Below are positions 1-9,775 of a DNA stretch of 64,000 nucleotides, piece after piece. Where the stretch lies: the sequence record OM386662.1; one strand, written 5' to 3'. Position numbers and translations under genes: made by a program. Each line of letters begins with the position of its first letter. Position 1 is the stretch's first letter. Source of the stretch: Escherichia phage vB_EcoM_ESCO47. The notes below the pieces were generated by a model, which was given only the letters and a program-made list of their open reading frames with translations, was not told where the DNA came from and searched no databases.

Positions 1-1
1 G

Positions 2-334
2 TCAGCAGGTATAAATGTCAAAGACAAAAAGGGACACCATTCTTATGGTATGTTTCAAAATTATTTACCGACAATGAAATCAAGAACAAAGGAACTCGGA
101 TATAATATGTCCGATTCTCAAATTAAGAAAATGCTATCTAAGCGGTCTAATTCAGCAAGATGGGCTTATATCGAATTTTCTTATTGGTTAAATATACATA
201 ATGGGGATATAAGAAAAGCTATATCTTCGTATAATGCGGGATGGAACCAAAAAGCAGGCCAGAAATATGCTAGTGAAGTCCTGGAAAAGGCTAATTACCT
301 TAAATCGCATAAACTACTGGAAACACACGAATGA
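2..334 (+). CDS. 5'-truncated CDS, open to window start; possible lytic-transglycosylase-like protein (vs.1 position)
   Basis: Reading frame has no stop back to base 2; YNAGW motif resembles SLT-domain signature; lies upstream of vs/tk as in T4. Confidence 0.4.
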   Translation, partial: SAGINVKDKKGHHSYGMFQNYLPTMKSRTKELGYNMSDSQIKKMLSKRSNSARWAYIEFSYWLNIHNGDIRKAISSYNAGWNQKAGQKYASEVLEKANYLKSHKLLETHE

Positions 335-675
335 CCAAAATATTGCTTTTATTGGTTAGTATAGCTTCATTTGCAGCAAACGCAGTCACCAAATATGCGG
401 AAGTTGTGGAGTATACAAATAGAACGTCTTCTGATTATTGTGGTAAAAACAAAGCGTGCCAGGTGGATTTTGCACAAAAACTTTTATATGCATACAAAGA
501 TGGAGAAAAAGACGGAATGTCTCCCTATAAGTCAGAGACATTAATTAAACGATACAATAAAAAATGGCAAGTACTAGAATGTTCGGCAGCGGCACCAAAG
601 GATAAAGCATTATGTGATTCTATGGTAGACCGCTTAGTTGATTCATATACAAGAGGACTAACTTCTTGTGATTAA
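331..675 (+). CDS. Small secreted protein, 114 aa, in the T4 vs position
   Basis: N-terminal signal-peptide-like hydrophobic segment; size and position match T4 vs (positional only). Confidence 0.45.
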   Translation: MTKILLLLVSIASFAANAVTKYAEVVEYTNRTSSDYCGKNKACQVDFAQKLLYAYKDGEKDGMSPYKSETLIKRYNKKWQVLECSAAAPKDKALCDSMVDRLVDSYTRGLTSCD

Positions 676-1135
676 AAACTATATCAAGGGCGATATCGTC
701 GCCCTGTTTTCTGAAGGTAAAAATATTGCTCATGGGTGCAATTGTTTCCATACAATGGCTGCCGGTGTAGCAGGTCAATTGGCTAAAGCTTTTCCTAAAA
801 TATTAGAAGCTGATAAGCTTCAAACCGAATGGGGTGATGAGACTAAACTTGGTTCATTTTCTGTTTACGAAAAGTATTTTAAAACTCATAAGGCATATTG
901 CTTTAATCTTTATACACAGTTTGAGCCGGGACCTAATTTTGAGTACTCTGCTTTAATGAATTGTATGTTAGAATTAAATGACTTCGGTAAAAATAAATTA
1001 GCTAAACCGGTAATTTATATGCCACGAATTGGAGCCGGAATTGGTGGTGGAAATTGGGATGTCATCGAAGAGATTTTAGATACGTATTCCACTAAACTAG
1101 AAATTGTGATTGTTGATTGGGAACCGTTATTATGA
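668..1135 (+). CDS. Macro-domain-like protein (candidate ADP-ribose binding/hydrolase), tk.4 position
   Basis: GDI...HGCNCFHTMAAGVAGQL and C-terminal IGAGIGGGNW glycine-rich loops resemble macro domain motifs; GTG start overlapping upstream stop. Confidence 0.45.
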   Translation: MIKNYIKGDIVALFSEGKNIAHGCNCFHTMAAGVAGQLAKAFPKILEADKLQTEWGDETKLGSFSVYEKYFKTHKAYCFNLYTQFEPGPNFEYSALMNCMLELNDFGKNKLAKPVIYMPRIGAGIGGGNWDVIEEILDTYSTKLEIVIVDWEPLL

Positions 1136-1344
1136 ATATACATTATCCACATCCATATGACCCAAAGAATAAGGCAGTAATTATTCGTCAATGGGAACGC
1201 ATTTGTCGTACCAAATGTCCAATTAATAGTCCACATGATGTAGATAAAGACTACATCGGAACATTAGTTGAATATACCTTTATTGATAAGAAAGGCCGTA
1301 AACAACATGTAGAAGAATATTGCTTAAAGGTGACATGGCTATGA
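1117..1344 (+). CDS. Hypothetical protein (tk.3 position)
   Basis: 75-aa ORF, same strand, overlapping junctions typical of T4 early operons. Confidence 0.35.
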   Translation: MGTVIMNIHYPHPYDPKNKAVIIRQWERICRTKCPINSPHDVDKDYIGTLVEYTFIDKKGRKQHVEEYCLKVTWL

Positions 1345-1547
1345 GTCAAACAAAAATTCTTACAGGTGCTAAATGCGAAAAATGCGAATGGCCTGTAGTT
1401 TTTGCTTTATGCAATGACGAAATGGCTTGTGATTTTGATTATTGGTGTTACTGTTCGAACAAAGGTTGTAGCAATCATAAAGGTGAAGGTTTTTACTCAG
1501 GATTTTACCCTTACCCAGATTTCGTTAAAGAAGGTGAACCTAAATGA
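1320..1547 (+). CDS. Cys-rich small protein (putative zinc-binding)
   Basis: CEKCEW...CNDEMAC...CYCSNKGC cysteine clusters. Confidence 0.4.
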   Translation: MLKGDMAMSQTKILTGAKCEKCEWPVVFALCNDEMACDFDYWCYCSNKGCSNHKGEGFYSGFYPYPDFVKEGEPK

Positions 1548-1726
1548 AATTAACTAAAGAAGAGAAAGCTAAACTGTTCGAACTTATCCATGACCTATTG
1601 GATGAGCAAGCAGCCACCAATGCGTACGATGAATATGCTCCTTTAACAGATGAAGAATATCAAGCATTGATGGAATCATTTGACAGGAAAGAACAAGAAC
1701 TCATTGACTACGTGAATTCACTATAA
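1544..1726 (+). CDS. Hypothetical acidic small protein
   Basis: 60-aa ORF translationally coupled (ATGA overlap) to neighbours. Confidence 0.4.
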   Translation: MKLTKEEKAKLFELIHDLLDEQAATNAYDEYAPLTDEEYQALMESFDRKEQELIDYVNSL

Positions 1727-1735
1727 GGGACTCTT

Positions 1736-2317
1736 ATGGCTAGTTTAATTTTTACATATGCCGCTATGAACGCTGGTAAGTCTGCTTCATTACTTACTGC
1801 CGCACACAACTATAAAGAACGTGGCATGGGTGTATTAGTTCTTAAACCGGCTATTGATACTCGCGATTCAAAAGGTGAAATAGTCTCTCGTATTGGTATT
1901 CGTCAGGATGCCAATATAATTACAAAAGACATGGATATCTTTGAATTCTATAAATGGGCTGCAGCACAAAAGGATATTCATTGTGTATTTGTTGATGAAG
2001 CTCAGTTCTTAACTACTGAAAAGGTGTATCAACTTAGTCGTATTGTTGACGTGTACAATGTGCCGGTAATGGCATATGGACTACGAACAGATTTTAAAGG
2101 TAATCTATTTGAAGGTTCTCAAGCATTAATGGCTATTGCCGATAAGCTTGTTGAACTTAAAGGTGTCTGTCATTGTGGTAAAAAGGCCACAATGGTAGCT
2201 AGAGTCACGGAAGACGGACTTCCAATTACAGACGGCAGTCAAATTGAAATTGGTGATACCGATAGATATGTGTCATTATGCCGGAAGCATTGGAACGATT
2301 TGACAGGATTGTTATAA
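1736..2317 (+). CDS. tk: Thymidine kinase
   Basis: 193 aa; P-loop AAMNAGKS, DEAQF, C-terminal CxxC...C zinc motif; same length as T4 Tk. Confidence 0.9.
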   Translation: MASLIFTYAAMNAGKSASLLTAAHNYKERGMGVLVLKPAIDTRDSKGEIVSRIGIRQDANIITKDMDIFEFYKWAAAQKDIHCVFVDEAQFLTTEKVYQLSRIVDVYNVPVMAYGLRTDFKGNLFEGSQALMAIADKLVELKGVCHCGKKATMVARVTEDGLPITDGSQIEIGDTDRYVSLCRKHWNDLTGLL

Positions 2318-2338
2318 ATACTAATATCTAACTAAGAG

Positions 2339-2557
2339 GTGTATATGCAGCATTTAAACGAAAGACAACTTCGTAATCTTACTGTTAGCCAATTAGATGA
2401 AATTCGAAGAGAGATTGGACATTCAATTTCTCATTTAAAAGAAGATATCCGTCAAACTGGTTCTAAAGCAGATTATACCCGTATGCGTAAGCTGGAAAAA
2501 TACCTCACAGATGTTAAGGCCGTCCAAAGGCGTAAAATTAATACAGGTCAAAAATAA
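2339..2557 (+). CDS. Hypothetical protein (rI.-1 position)
   Basis: 72-aa ORF with RBS AGGAGG upstream. Confidence 0.45.
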   Translation: MYMQHLNERQLRNLTVSQLDEIRREIGHSISHLKEDIRQTGSKADYTRMRKLEKYLTDVKAVQRRKINTGQK

Positions 2558-2569
2558 CAGGAGGCCGTT

Positions 2570-2869
2570 ATGGCCTTAAGAGCAATGGCCTTATTGGCAA
2601 TGCTTGGGTTGTTTGTAGCAACTACACCTTTTGTAAGTACTGCATATGTTGACCCACATTTTGATAACTATATGGAATCAGGGATTAAAAATGTTTATTC
2701 TCTATTTGAAATCCATAATGTAGAGAATTCTGAAAAATTTTATTCTTATATGGCTAAAAGTTTTAAAGCTAATCCCTGTCAAGATGCATTTGAATGCCAT
2801 GAACAAGGAACCAGAACCGCTAGACAGTTCGCAGAGTTTATGAATATAAAATTAAACGACTCATTCTGA
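2570..2869 (+). CDS. rI: Lysis-inhibition regulator rI
   Basis: 99 aa; N-terminal signal-anchor MALRAMALLAMLGL and VDPHFDNYMESGI region match my recollection of T4 RI; adjacent to tk as in T4. Confidence 0.65.
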   Translation: MALRAMALLAMLGLFVATTPFVSTAYVDPHFDNYMESGIKNVYSLFEIHNVENSEKFYSYMAKSFKANPCQDAFECHEQGTRTARQFAEFMNIKLNDSF

Positions 2870-2892
2870 TGCATTTTAAATGCGACATAATC

Positions 2893-2920
2893 AAAGTCCC
2901 TTCCGAAAGGTTGGGACTTT
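2893..2920 (+). terminator. Rho-independent terminator
   Basis: AAAGTCCC...GGGACTTT stem followed by T-run. Confidence 0.55.
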
Positions 2921-2933
2921 TTGGCATTTAGCA

Positions 2934-2963
2934 GTTTACATCTCGGTAAAATGGTGTTATAGT
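2934..2963 (+). promoter_or_regulatory. T4-type early promoter (-35 GTTTAC, -10 TATAGT, conserved downstream box)
   Basis: GTTTACA, 18-nt spacer, TATAGT, then AGTCCTATCAA box and AGGAG RBS. Confidence 0.55.
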
Positions 2964-2991
2964 AGTCCTATCAAATAAAGAGGAGAACAAA

Positions 2992-3099
2992 ATGAAACTT
3001 TTGCTTATTGTATATGTTGTGATACAATACAACTATCCGATGTTCACATTCAATATGGTGAACAATATAATAAATCTTATTGAGAAGAGCATACAATGA
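2992..3099 (+). CDS. Small hydrophobic ORF (35 aa)
   Basis: ATG 7 nt after AGGAG; below ORF-track cutoff; ATGA overlap with next gene. Confidence 0.3.
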   Translation: MKLLLIVYVVIQYNYPMFTFNMVNNIINLIEKSIQ

Positions 3100-3305
3100 G
3101 TTTATACGATCCTAGCGGTGATTCTGAAAATGGCGTTATCCTTTTAAAAGGTGAACGAACCAAAGAAATGGATATTGATGATGTTGAAGTGTCAAGTTGG
3201 ACCTTGATACCTGGTGGGATTTGTCTTGAACAGGACGATAACTTCATTTGCCTAGACGCTGGCCAAGTAGAAGCTCTCTATAGTATTTTAAAACATAACC
3301 GTTAA
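3096..3305 (+). CDS. Hypothetical protein
   Basis: 69-aa ORF. Confidence 0.4.
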   Translation: MSLYDPSGDSENGVILLKGERTKEMDIDDVEVSSWTLIPGGICLEQDDNFICLDAGQVEALYSILKHNR

Positions 3306-3317
3306 GAGGAAATTATT

Positions 3318-3872
3318 ATGATTATTGAAACATCTGTTCTGTTTGGCGACCTGACAGCCGATGTAATTGATAATGCAATCGTGCTTAAACAAGAAGATGA
3401 TACAGTTGTTCTGACCATCCGGGATATTCAGAGTCTGTACGACTTGTCTATTATTGACACAGAGCAATATATTAGAGCGAACAGTCGACTTTTTAAAATC
3501 AATGATGAAGTCGTTGCCCGGTTACATCGTGGTGAAAACGGTTTTAATCTGGAAACCGAATGGGTTTGTTTATCCATTAATAACCGTTCAGAATTTTTAG
3601 AGAAAATTTTTAAACTGTTCCAAGAAGAGTGTGTACCTGAGCTTGAGTGGAAAGTCCCGGGTTGTGATGCAGTTATGCATTCAAGCGAAACCTTTGAAGG
3701 TGATGAAGAAGGTGATTATAATACTGAATTCAGTGTCCACCAACATCAAGGTCGCGATATGTTATCTATCATCCAAACCCACGATGGTGAAGCTGAAGTA
3801 GTATTCACTAAAGACGAATTGAAAGTTCTGGTAAAATACCTGAACACTATTATCCCAACTATGAACGCGTAA
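3318..3872 (+). CDS. Hypothetical protein
   Basis: 184-aa ORF with GAGG RBS. Confidence 0.5.
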   Translation: MIIETSVLFGDLTADVIDNAIVLKQEDDTVVLTIRDIQSLYDLSIIDTEQYIRANSRLFKINDEVVARLHRGENGFNLETEWVCLSINNRSEFLEKIFKLFQEECVPELEWKVPGCDAVMHSSETFEGDEEGDYNTEFSVHQHQGRDMLSIIQTHDGEAEVVFTKDELKVLVKYLNTIIPTMNA

Positions 3873-3881
3873 GGAATTATT

Positions 3882-4322
3882 ATGATTATTAATACAAACT
3901 CTTGGCACGCTAAATTACACGACCATTTTTATGACTGTCATTCTCGACCACACTCTTTATGTGCTTACTTCTGGAAAATTGTATGGGTCTGCTTTATTTG
4001 TTCTGTGCTTGCAGGCAGTACAGTCTTCGGTTTAACTGTTGCAGGTGCTGGTGTATTAGAGCATTTCTTTGTATTAAGTACTCCTGTTAGTTTGAGTCTT
4101 GGGTTTGTTTTAGGGCTGGCTATACTAGCGGTAGCATTTGGTTTAATGTACAGTCTAATGAATTTATGGTCCTGGTACGATTTACGTAAAGAAGAAAAAG
4201 AATTAGAACGAATTAAAGCCAAGCGTGAAGGCCGAGAAACTAAAGAAAACGTTTTCATTCAATATATCAAAGCTTGTAAATCTAAGATGTGTCCGGTAAT
4301 CCACTTCGAGGACATTAAATGA
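3882..4322 (+). CDS. Integral membrane protein
   Basis: Several hydrophobic helices (VWVCFICSVLAGSTVFGL..., LGFVLGLAILAVAFGLMY). Confidence 0.5.
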   Translation: MIINTNSWHAKLHDHFYDCHSRPHSLCAYFWKIVWVCFICSVLAGSTVFGLTVAGAGVLEHFFVLSTPVSLSLGFVLGLAILAVAFGLMYSLMNLWSWYDLRKEEKELERIKAKREGRETKENVFIQYIKACKSKMCPVIHFEDIK

Positions 4323-5305
4323 GAACTGTTATGAAGGGCTATTTTGGCTCACATCTTTATGGAACTAGTACGCCAGAATCTGACGTTGATTTTAAAGAAA
4401 TTTATGTCCCTCATGCTCGTGATATCTTGACCGGTAACGTTAAAGAACATATGAGCAAGAACACGAATAACACATCTTCTAAGAACACAAAAGACGACGT
4501 GGACCATGAGTTGTATAGTCTCAAATATTTCTTTAAACTAGCTGCGGACGGCGAAACCGTCGCATTAGATATGCTTCACACTCCACAAAGTCTAGTAGTT
4601 AAATCTGATTTGCCTGATGTATGGAAGTATATTCAAGATAACAGGTCTCGTTTCTATACAACTAACATGAAATCTTATTTAGGGTATGTCCGTAAGCAAG
4701 CTTCCAAATATGGTGTTAAGGGTTCTCGATTGGCTGTTCTTCGTCAAGCCCTTAAACGTTCTAATGAACGGGGACAATACTTTGATAATGGTGCAGTAAT
4801 TCGTTTATCACATATGAAGAATGTTCTGCCTGTAGGTGAATTTGCTTCGTGGGTTGAAACCGAAAACGAGAAAACAGGTAAGCAAACATTCTATAATCTG
4901 TTAGACCGTAAATTCCAAGACACGTTAACCAATAAAGAGTTCAATGCCATCCTGGTTAAACTGGAAGAGAACTATGGTGAACGTGCTCGTAAGGCGGAAG
5001 CCAACGAAGGTATTGACTGGAAAGCATTGAGTCATGCATGTCGTGGTGGACTTCAACTATTGGAAATTTACAAAACCGGCGACCTGGTTTACCCACTTCA
5101 GGATGCTCCATTTATTCTCGATGTTAAGCTTGGTAAACATACATTTAAAACTGTACAAGAATTCCTAGAAGATATCGTTGACCAAGTTGAACAAGCATCA
5201 GAACAAGCCGCTAAGAACGGTATGCAACAAAAAGTAGATATGAGTTTCTGGGATGATTTCCTTGAGCAAGTCTATCTCGAAAATCATAATTCTTACTATA
5301 AATAG
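4319..5305 (+). CDS. Predicted Pol-beta-fold nucleotidyltransferase-like protein
   Basis: GSHLYGTSTPESDVDF matches the hG[GS]...D.D minimal nucleotidyltransferase motif. Confidence 0.45.
   Translation: MRTVMKGYFGSHLYGTSTPESDVDFKEIYVPHARDILTGNVKEHMSKNTNNTSSKNTKDDVDHELYSLKYFFKLAADGETVALDMLHTPQSLVVKSDLPDVWKYIQDNRSRFYTTNMKSYLGYVRKQASKYGVKGSRLAVLRQALKRSNERGQYFDNGAVIRLSHMKNVLPVGEFASWVETENEKTGKQTFYNLLDRKFQDTLTNKEFNAILVKLEENYGERARKAEANEGIDWKALSHACRGGLQLLEIYKTGDLVYPLQDAPFILDVKLGKHTFKTVQEFLEDIVDQVEQASEQAAKNGMQQKVDMSFWDDFLEQVYLENHNSYYK
5297..5304 (+). promoter_or_regulatory. Late-promoter-like TATAAATA box
   Basis: Exact TATAAATA about 29 nt upstream of ATG 5333. Confidence 0.3.
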
Positions 5306-5332
5306 ATAAATAACTCTTAACTTGAGGTAAAT

Positions 5333-5614
5333 ATGAAAAAATTAGTAATTGGTTTATTTGCAGTAATGATGGCGTTCTCTGTTGGTGCTACCACGGGTGC
5401 TACCAGCGGTAGTGCAGGCGCTGGTGGTAACCAGTCTTCTGGGCCTTCCAATGGTTCGGTAAATGCGTCACATTCTCAGGGTATTGAGAACATTAAATCA
5501 AGCTATATTAATAGCACGGCCGGACAAGCAACTGAAGCATGGTCAAAGGGTCGAGTAGTTACTCGCTCCGTATTCTGTGATATGCCTAATTATGTTGCTA
5601 AGTGCGATAAGTAA
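5333..5614 (+). CDS. Secreted Gly/Ser/Asn-rich small protein
   Basis: Signal peptide MKKLVIGLFAVMMAFSVGA then low-complexity G/S/N stretch; two C-terminal Cys. Confidence 0.5.
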   Translation: MKKLVIGLFAVMMAFSVGATTGATSGSAGAGGNQSSGPSNGSVNASHSQGIENIKSSYINSTAGQATEAWSKGRVVTRSVFCDMPNYVAKCDK

Positions 5615-5619
5615 ATGTG

Positions 5620-5638
5620 GGGACCTTCGGGTCCCTTT
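5620..5638 (+). terminator. Rho-independent terminator with TTCG tetraloop
   Basis: GGGACC-TTCG-GGTCCC followed by TTT. Confidence 0.6.
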
Positions 5639-5666
5639 AGGGGGTTAAAATATTTTTAAAAAAGTA

Positions 5667-5695
5667 GTGTACATGCTTTTAGGATATGTTATTAT
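5667..5695 (+). promoter_or_regulatory. T4-type early promoter
   Basis: GTGTAC -35, 17-nt spacer, TATTAT -10, then AGACCTATC box. Confidence 0.5.
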
Positions 5696-5712
5696 AGACC
5701 TATCGAAACGAA

Positions 5713-6714
5713 ATGAGTAAATTGGAGAATAAAATGTTCAACGTTCAAATCAAAAAAGGTATCTATCGTAATAACGAAATCTCTGGTTCTTATGTCGCCA
5801 CAAAGACCTGGTTCCCGGCAAAGCTTAATCCTGAGTGTTCTCACCTCGGTGATGGTAAAGTTTTCATTATGATTGATGGTTCTGAACGTGGAGTATGGGT
5901 CTTTAAATCAGATATCGTTATGGAAGGAGTTGAGACCTCTCCAGTTACAGTTGTTGAAAGCAACGAAGACATGAAAACTCGTATCAATAAACGCTTTAAA
6001 GTAATGAATATGATGACGAATGGCATTATCAATGGCAAAATTCGTTCACTCATTATTTCAGGTGCAGCTGGTATTGGTAAAACGTATTCTCTGGATAAAG
6101 CACTTAATAACGCTAATGATAATGGTTTCATCAAATACAAAAGCATTAATGGTAAAATCTCTGGTATTGGCCTTTACGAACAACTTTGGCTCAACCGTGA
6201 TGCAGACAGCGTTCTCTTAATCGACGACGTTGATGTATTCTCAGATATGGACATCTTGAACCTTCTTAAAGCAGCATTAGATACTGGTGATAAACGCAAA
6301 GTTTGTTGGAGCACTGCGTCATCTTATCTCGATGATAAGGGTATTGATAAAGAATTTGAGTTTGAAGGTACTATCGTTTTCATTACAAACGTTGATATCG
6401 ATAAAGAGTTAGAACGCGGTTCGAAACTTGCTCCACACCTTCAGGCTTTAGTATCTCGTTCAGTGTATCTTGACCTTGGAGTACACTCTAATGAAGAGAT
6501 TATGGTTCGAGTTGAAGATGTAATATTATCTACTGACATGATGCAGAAACGTGGTCTGACTGATGCAGAAACGTATAAAGCATTATCTTGGATGAAGGCT
6601 AACGTATCTCGTCTTCGCAATGTATCATTACGTACGGCTCTTTATGTAGCAGATTTTATTTCAACTGATAAAGATGGTTGGGAGGAAATCTCTGAAGTAA
6701 CTTTACTGAAATAA
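5713..6714 (+). CDS. P-loop ATPase (AAA-like)
   Basis: Walker A GAAGIGKT and Walker-B-like LLIDDVD. Confidence 0.55.
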   Translation: MSKLENKMFNVQIKKGIYRNNEISGSYVATKTWFPAKLNPECSHLGDGKVFIMIDGSERGVWVFKSDIVMEGVETSPVTVVESNEDMKTRINKRFKVMNMMTNGIINGKIRSLIISGAAGIGKTYSLDKALNNANDNGFIKYKSINGKISGIGLYEQLWLNRDADSVLLIDDVDVFSDMDILNLLKAALDTGDKRKVCWSTASSYLDDKGIDKEFEFEGTIVFITNVDIDKELERGSKLAPHLQALVSRSVYLDLGVHSNEEIMVRVEDVILSTDMMQKRGLTDAETYKALSWMKANVSRLRNVSLRTALYVADFISTDKDGWEEISEVTLLK

Positions 6715-6852
6715 GCTTATAGGAAGTTCTGAGATAACAAAAGCCATAAAGATGAATAATCATATGGCTTACCTCAAAGAAGGACACCAGGAACCTACTG
6801 AGGGCATAGAAATATTTAAAAATAATGATGTACAAATCAAAGAGGATATGTT

Positions 6853-7140
6853 ATGGATTTTATGCAAAAAATTAAAGCCGCAGTCGAACTCTATGCTCAT
6901 CGTATGGTTAGTTCTACGATGCAATATAGCGAGGAGGTTCGCCAGGACTCTTCCTTGAAAGGAAAAACTAAAGCCTTAATTACCTTAGATCGTTTGCAAA
7001 AGAATGCCGTAGAGATGCTCCAGTACGACAAGGGTGTATATAAGAAAGAACAGGAAGAGAAACTTAAATCTGAAAAATTAAAGAAAATCCCGAAGTCGGT
7101 TTGGTTCAGTGGAAAAAATACCGAAAAAAGTTTCTTTTAG
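6853..7140 (+). CDS. Hypothetical protein
   Basis: 95-aa ORF; overlapping alternative ORF 6752..6958 is less likely. Confidence 0.35.
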   Translation: MDFMQKIKAAVELYAHRMVSSTMQYSEEVRQDSSLKGKTKALITLDRLQKNAVEMLQYDKGVYKKEQEEKLKSEKLKKIPKSVWFSGKNTEKSFF

Positions 7141-7142
7141 TT

Positions 7143-7171
7143 GTTTACAAGGTCTATGGTTATGTTATTAT
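7143..7171 (+). promoter_or_regulatory. T4-type early promoter
   Basis: GTTTAC, 17-nt spacer, TATTAT, AGACCTATCAA box, GGAGG RBS. Confidence 0.55.
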
Positions 7172-7198
7172 AGACCTATCAACTACTGGAGGTAAAAC

Positions 7199-7723
7199 AT
7201 GAACGCTAAAGATATTTTCAATCTGGTAAATTATAACGACGGTAAATTTAAATCTGAAGCACAAAGCAAGTTCTTTAATGATGTTGCTTATGGTAACGAG
7301 ATTACCGTAGACGGAGGTCAGATTTTCAAATCTCGCTGGAATTGGATTGTTATCATCGATTCAGTTGGAATTGTGGAAGTCTACAAAAACACCAACAAAA
7401 AACGTACTCTTCACTGGAGTCGTGCTACAAACGCAGAGTATCAGGCAAAACGTAAAGCACATAACATGCCTACTGAGTCTGATATCCAAAACATTAAATC
7501 AGATATCGAATACTACGACAGTCTGATTGCAGAACAACAAGCAGTTATTGACAAGTTCGACGAAATCAAAGCTTGTAAAGAAATTCCTGAATTTATGCGG
7601 GAATCAGTAAACGAACAGTACGCCCTCACTTCAGGTCGTATCGAGCAGTACAAATCACAACGAGCAGAACGCCAAGCACTTCTTCGGAAATTTGAAGAAC
7701 GTTTAAAGACGGTTCACGCATAA
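7199..7723 (+). CDS. Hypothetical protein
   Basis: 174-aa ORF after early promoter and RBS. Confidence 0.5.
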   Translation: MNAKDIFNLVNYNDGKFKSEAQSKFFNDVAYGNEITVDGGQIFKSRWNWIVIIDSVGIVEVYKNTNKKRTLHWSRATNAEYQAKRKAHNMPTESDIQNIKSDIEYYDSLIAEQQAVIDKFDEIKACKEIPEFMRESVNEQYALTSGRIEQYKSQRAERQALLRKFEERLKTVHA

Positions 7724-7785
7724 ACGCTTTACCCAAGGATGGGTTATAATGGTTTTGAGTTCCAATTCAATCTGAGGAAATAGAT

Positions 7786-8763
7786 ATGAGTATTACATCA
7801 AACGCAGTAAAACATGAAATCAATGTATTATGCTCCAAACAACTTCCGATTTGGTTTGCTACCAGCAATCGTCGCGAATCTCTTAATTATGAAGCGATCG
7901 CTGTTCAAGTTCATCAACTGTTAATTACTAAATTTGATTTCCATGTACCGTCAGAAATCTATATTAAGTTGGCTATTACGTTGCTTAAAGAGTGCAAAAA
8001 TTATGGTCGCTCTATGGCAGACGGTATTTTCAACGCGTTGAACAAGCTTAATGTTCTGTCAATGGTTAACTCAAACAATATTTTGCGTAATCTCGGACGT
8101 ACTGATCTGTTCTGTCGTGAAAAAGGTAAAATGACACTCAAACAGATCGCCCATCATCTCAACCAGAACCAGTCTAGGTTTATCGCAGTATCGGCACGGT
8201 TACAGACTGGTCTGAATCGTCAGATGAATTTTAAAACGTTTTCAAAATATCCGGGTTATAACGAATTCTTTAAATGCGAAGTCCAGAACATTGGTGGTAA
8301 AACCGTGTTGGTTGTTCGTGTAACATTTGAAGGACGTCGTCAGCATTATTTTAATATTATCGGGTCCGGCCTTCAACATTTAGGTTTTATCGACGAAGTT
8401 AAGATTTTACGTCAACCGAACGGATTCTCGATTGGGTACGAATGCACGTTAAAAGATGAGTTTTTAGAAAAAGCTCCTCCTAAATTCGTTGAAGCACCGC
8501 CGATTATGGCAACACGTGATATTGCCGAAGAAGACAAGCTTCAAGAGCTTATCGACAATCTTGAATCAGGATTTGATCAACCTGTACAGAAATTTAAATC
8601 AAAACATGCTGAACAAATCAAATATTTTGAAGAACTGATTAATGAGCTTAATGTAACTATTCAACAGACTGACGATGAAATCTCTCGATTAGCCGGTATG
8701 AATGGTAAAAATAAAACCGAACGAGCTAATCTTATTCAGGTTGTAAAACTTCTTAAGGAATGA
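7786..8763 (+). CDS. Hypothetical protein
   Basis: 325-aa ORF. Confidence 0.5.
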   Translation: MSITSNAVKHEINVLCSKQLPIWFATSNRRESLNYEAIAVQVHQLLITKFDFHVPSEIYIKLAITLLKECKNYGRSMADGIFNALNKLNVLSMVNSNNILRNLGRTDLFCREKGKMTLKQIAHHLNQNQSRFIAVSARLQTGLNRQMNFKTFSKYPGYNEFFKCEVQNIGGKTVLVVRVTFEGRRQHYFNIIGSGLQHLGFIDEVKILRQPNGFSIGYECTLKDEFLEKAPPKFVEAPPIMATRDIAEEDKLQELIDNLESGFDQPVQKFKSKHAEQIKYFEELINELNVTIQQTDDEISRLAGMNGKNKTERANLIQVVKLLKE

Positions 8764-8821
8764 TGTACAACCAAGGACGGATGGAGTATAATCATTCTAT
8801 CTTAACCAAGAGGAGAACATT

Positions 8822-9775
8822 ATGAAAACTCGTTCACATTACATTGATTACTTTGCAGGTCTTATCGCTAACGTTCATGCCCAACGTGCTTCTGGTGTAC
8901 TAGGATTTGATGTTCCACACCGAGATGTAGTAAGTGGTATTCTTCGAGATTTTGGTACATACATAGGCCAAGAAAATCATATCTGTAAAGATACTCAAAA
9001 TGCATATTCTCATTCATTAGGGACACTGCTTCAATGGTTCAAACGTTCTCGTTTATTATCTTCTACTGTAGCTCGCGATAACATTAAAAACTTTATGAAG
9101 CCGAGCTTTATTAAATCTGTGACATCTAAAACCGATTTGGTTGAATTCACTATTGTTAATGATGTTAAAAAGACTCGTTTGGCTGATTGGTTAACTACCA
9201 TTCCTGAAACTAAATTTGCTGATAAATTTGCTTGTGAATTCAATAACCAAGTGAATATGCTTTTTAAACATTCTCGTAAATTATTCACAGGCGGCGATGA
9301 TCGTACAAATACAGTTCATGCTAAAGATTGGGTTACTGCAGTGTTCAAACCAACCGGTAATGGTACCGCATCATTATCAATTGATATTCAGGTTCCTTAT
9401 TATTACTCACGTAATCTCGGCACCATGAAAGCTGAAGAAATTAAGAAGCACAATAAAACCATTCGTTCGCTGACTTATAAACTTCGCATGATGTTAAGAA
9501 TCATGGACGTGGTAGAAATGTATGATGAAACCGAAGATAACGGTTCAATGTTATTCAGTTCTCGTATTCAAATTAAGCTGAAGAACCCTAATACGTATAA
9601 ACCTAAGCCTATTAAAGAACCTAAAGTAGAAAAAGTTGATAATTTAAGAGAAGAACGCGAATATCTCAAATCTCGTCTGAAAGAAGTCGAAGCCCAGATT
9701 GCAGAACAAACTAAATCGTTAAAAGCTCTGAATGCGAAAGCGGATGGTTTACGAAATGCCATTGAGGTTTTATAA
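8822..9775 (+). CDS. Hypothetical protein with C-terminal coiled coil
   Basis: 317-aa ORF; AGGAG RBS; heptad-like charged C-terminus. Confidence 0.5.
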   Translation: MKTRSHYIDYFAGLIANVHAQRASGVLGFDVPHRDVVSGILRDFGTYIGQENHICKDTQNAYSHSLGTLLQWFKRSRLLSSTVARDNIKNFMKPSFIKSVTSKTDLVEFTIVNDVKKTRLADWLTTIPETKFADKFACEFNNQVNMLFKHSRKLFTGGDDRTNTVHAKDWVTAVFKPTGNGTASLSIDIQVPYYYSRNLGTMKAEEIKKHNKTIRSLTYKLRMMLRIMDVVEMYDETEDNGSMLFSSRIQIKLKNPNTYKPKPIKEPKVEKVDNLREEREYLKSRLKEVEAQIAEQTKSLKALNAKADGLRNAIEVL

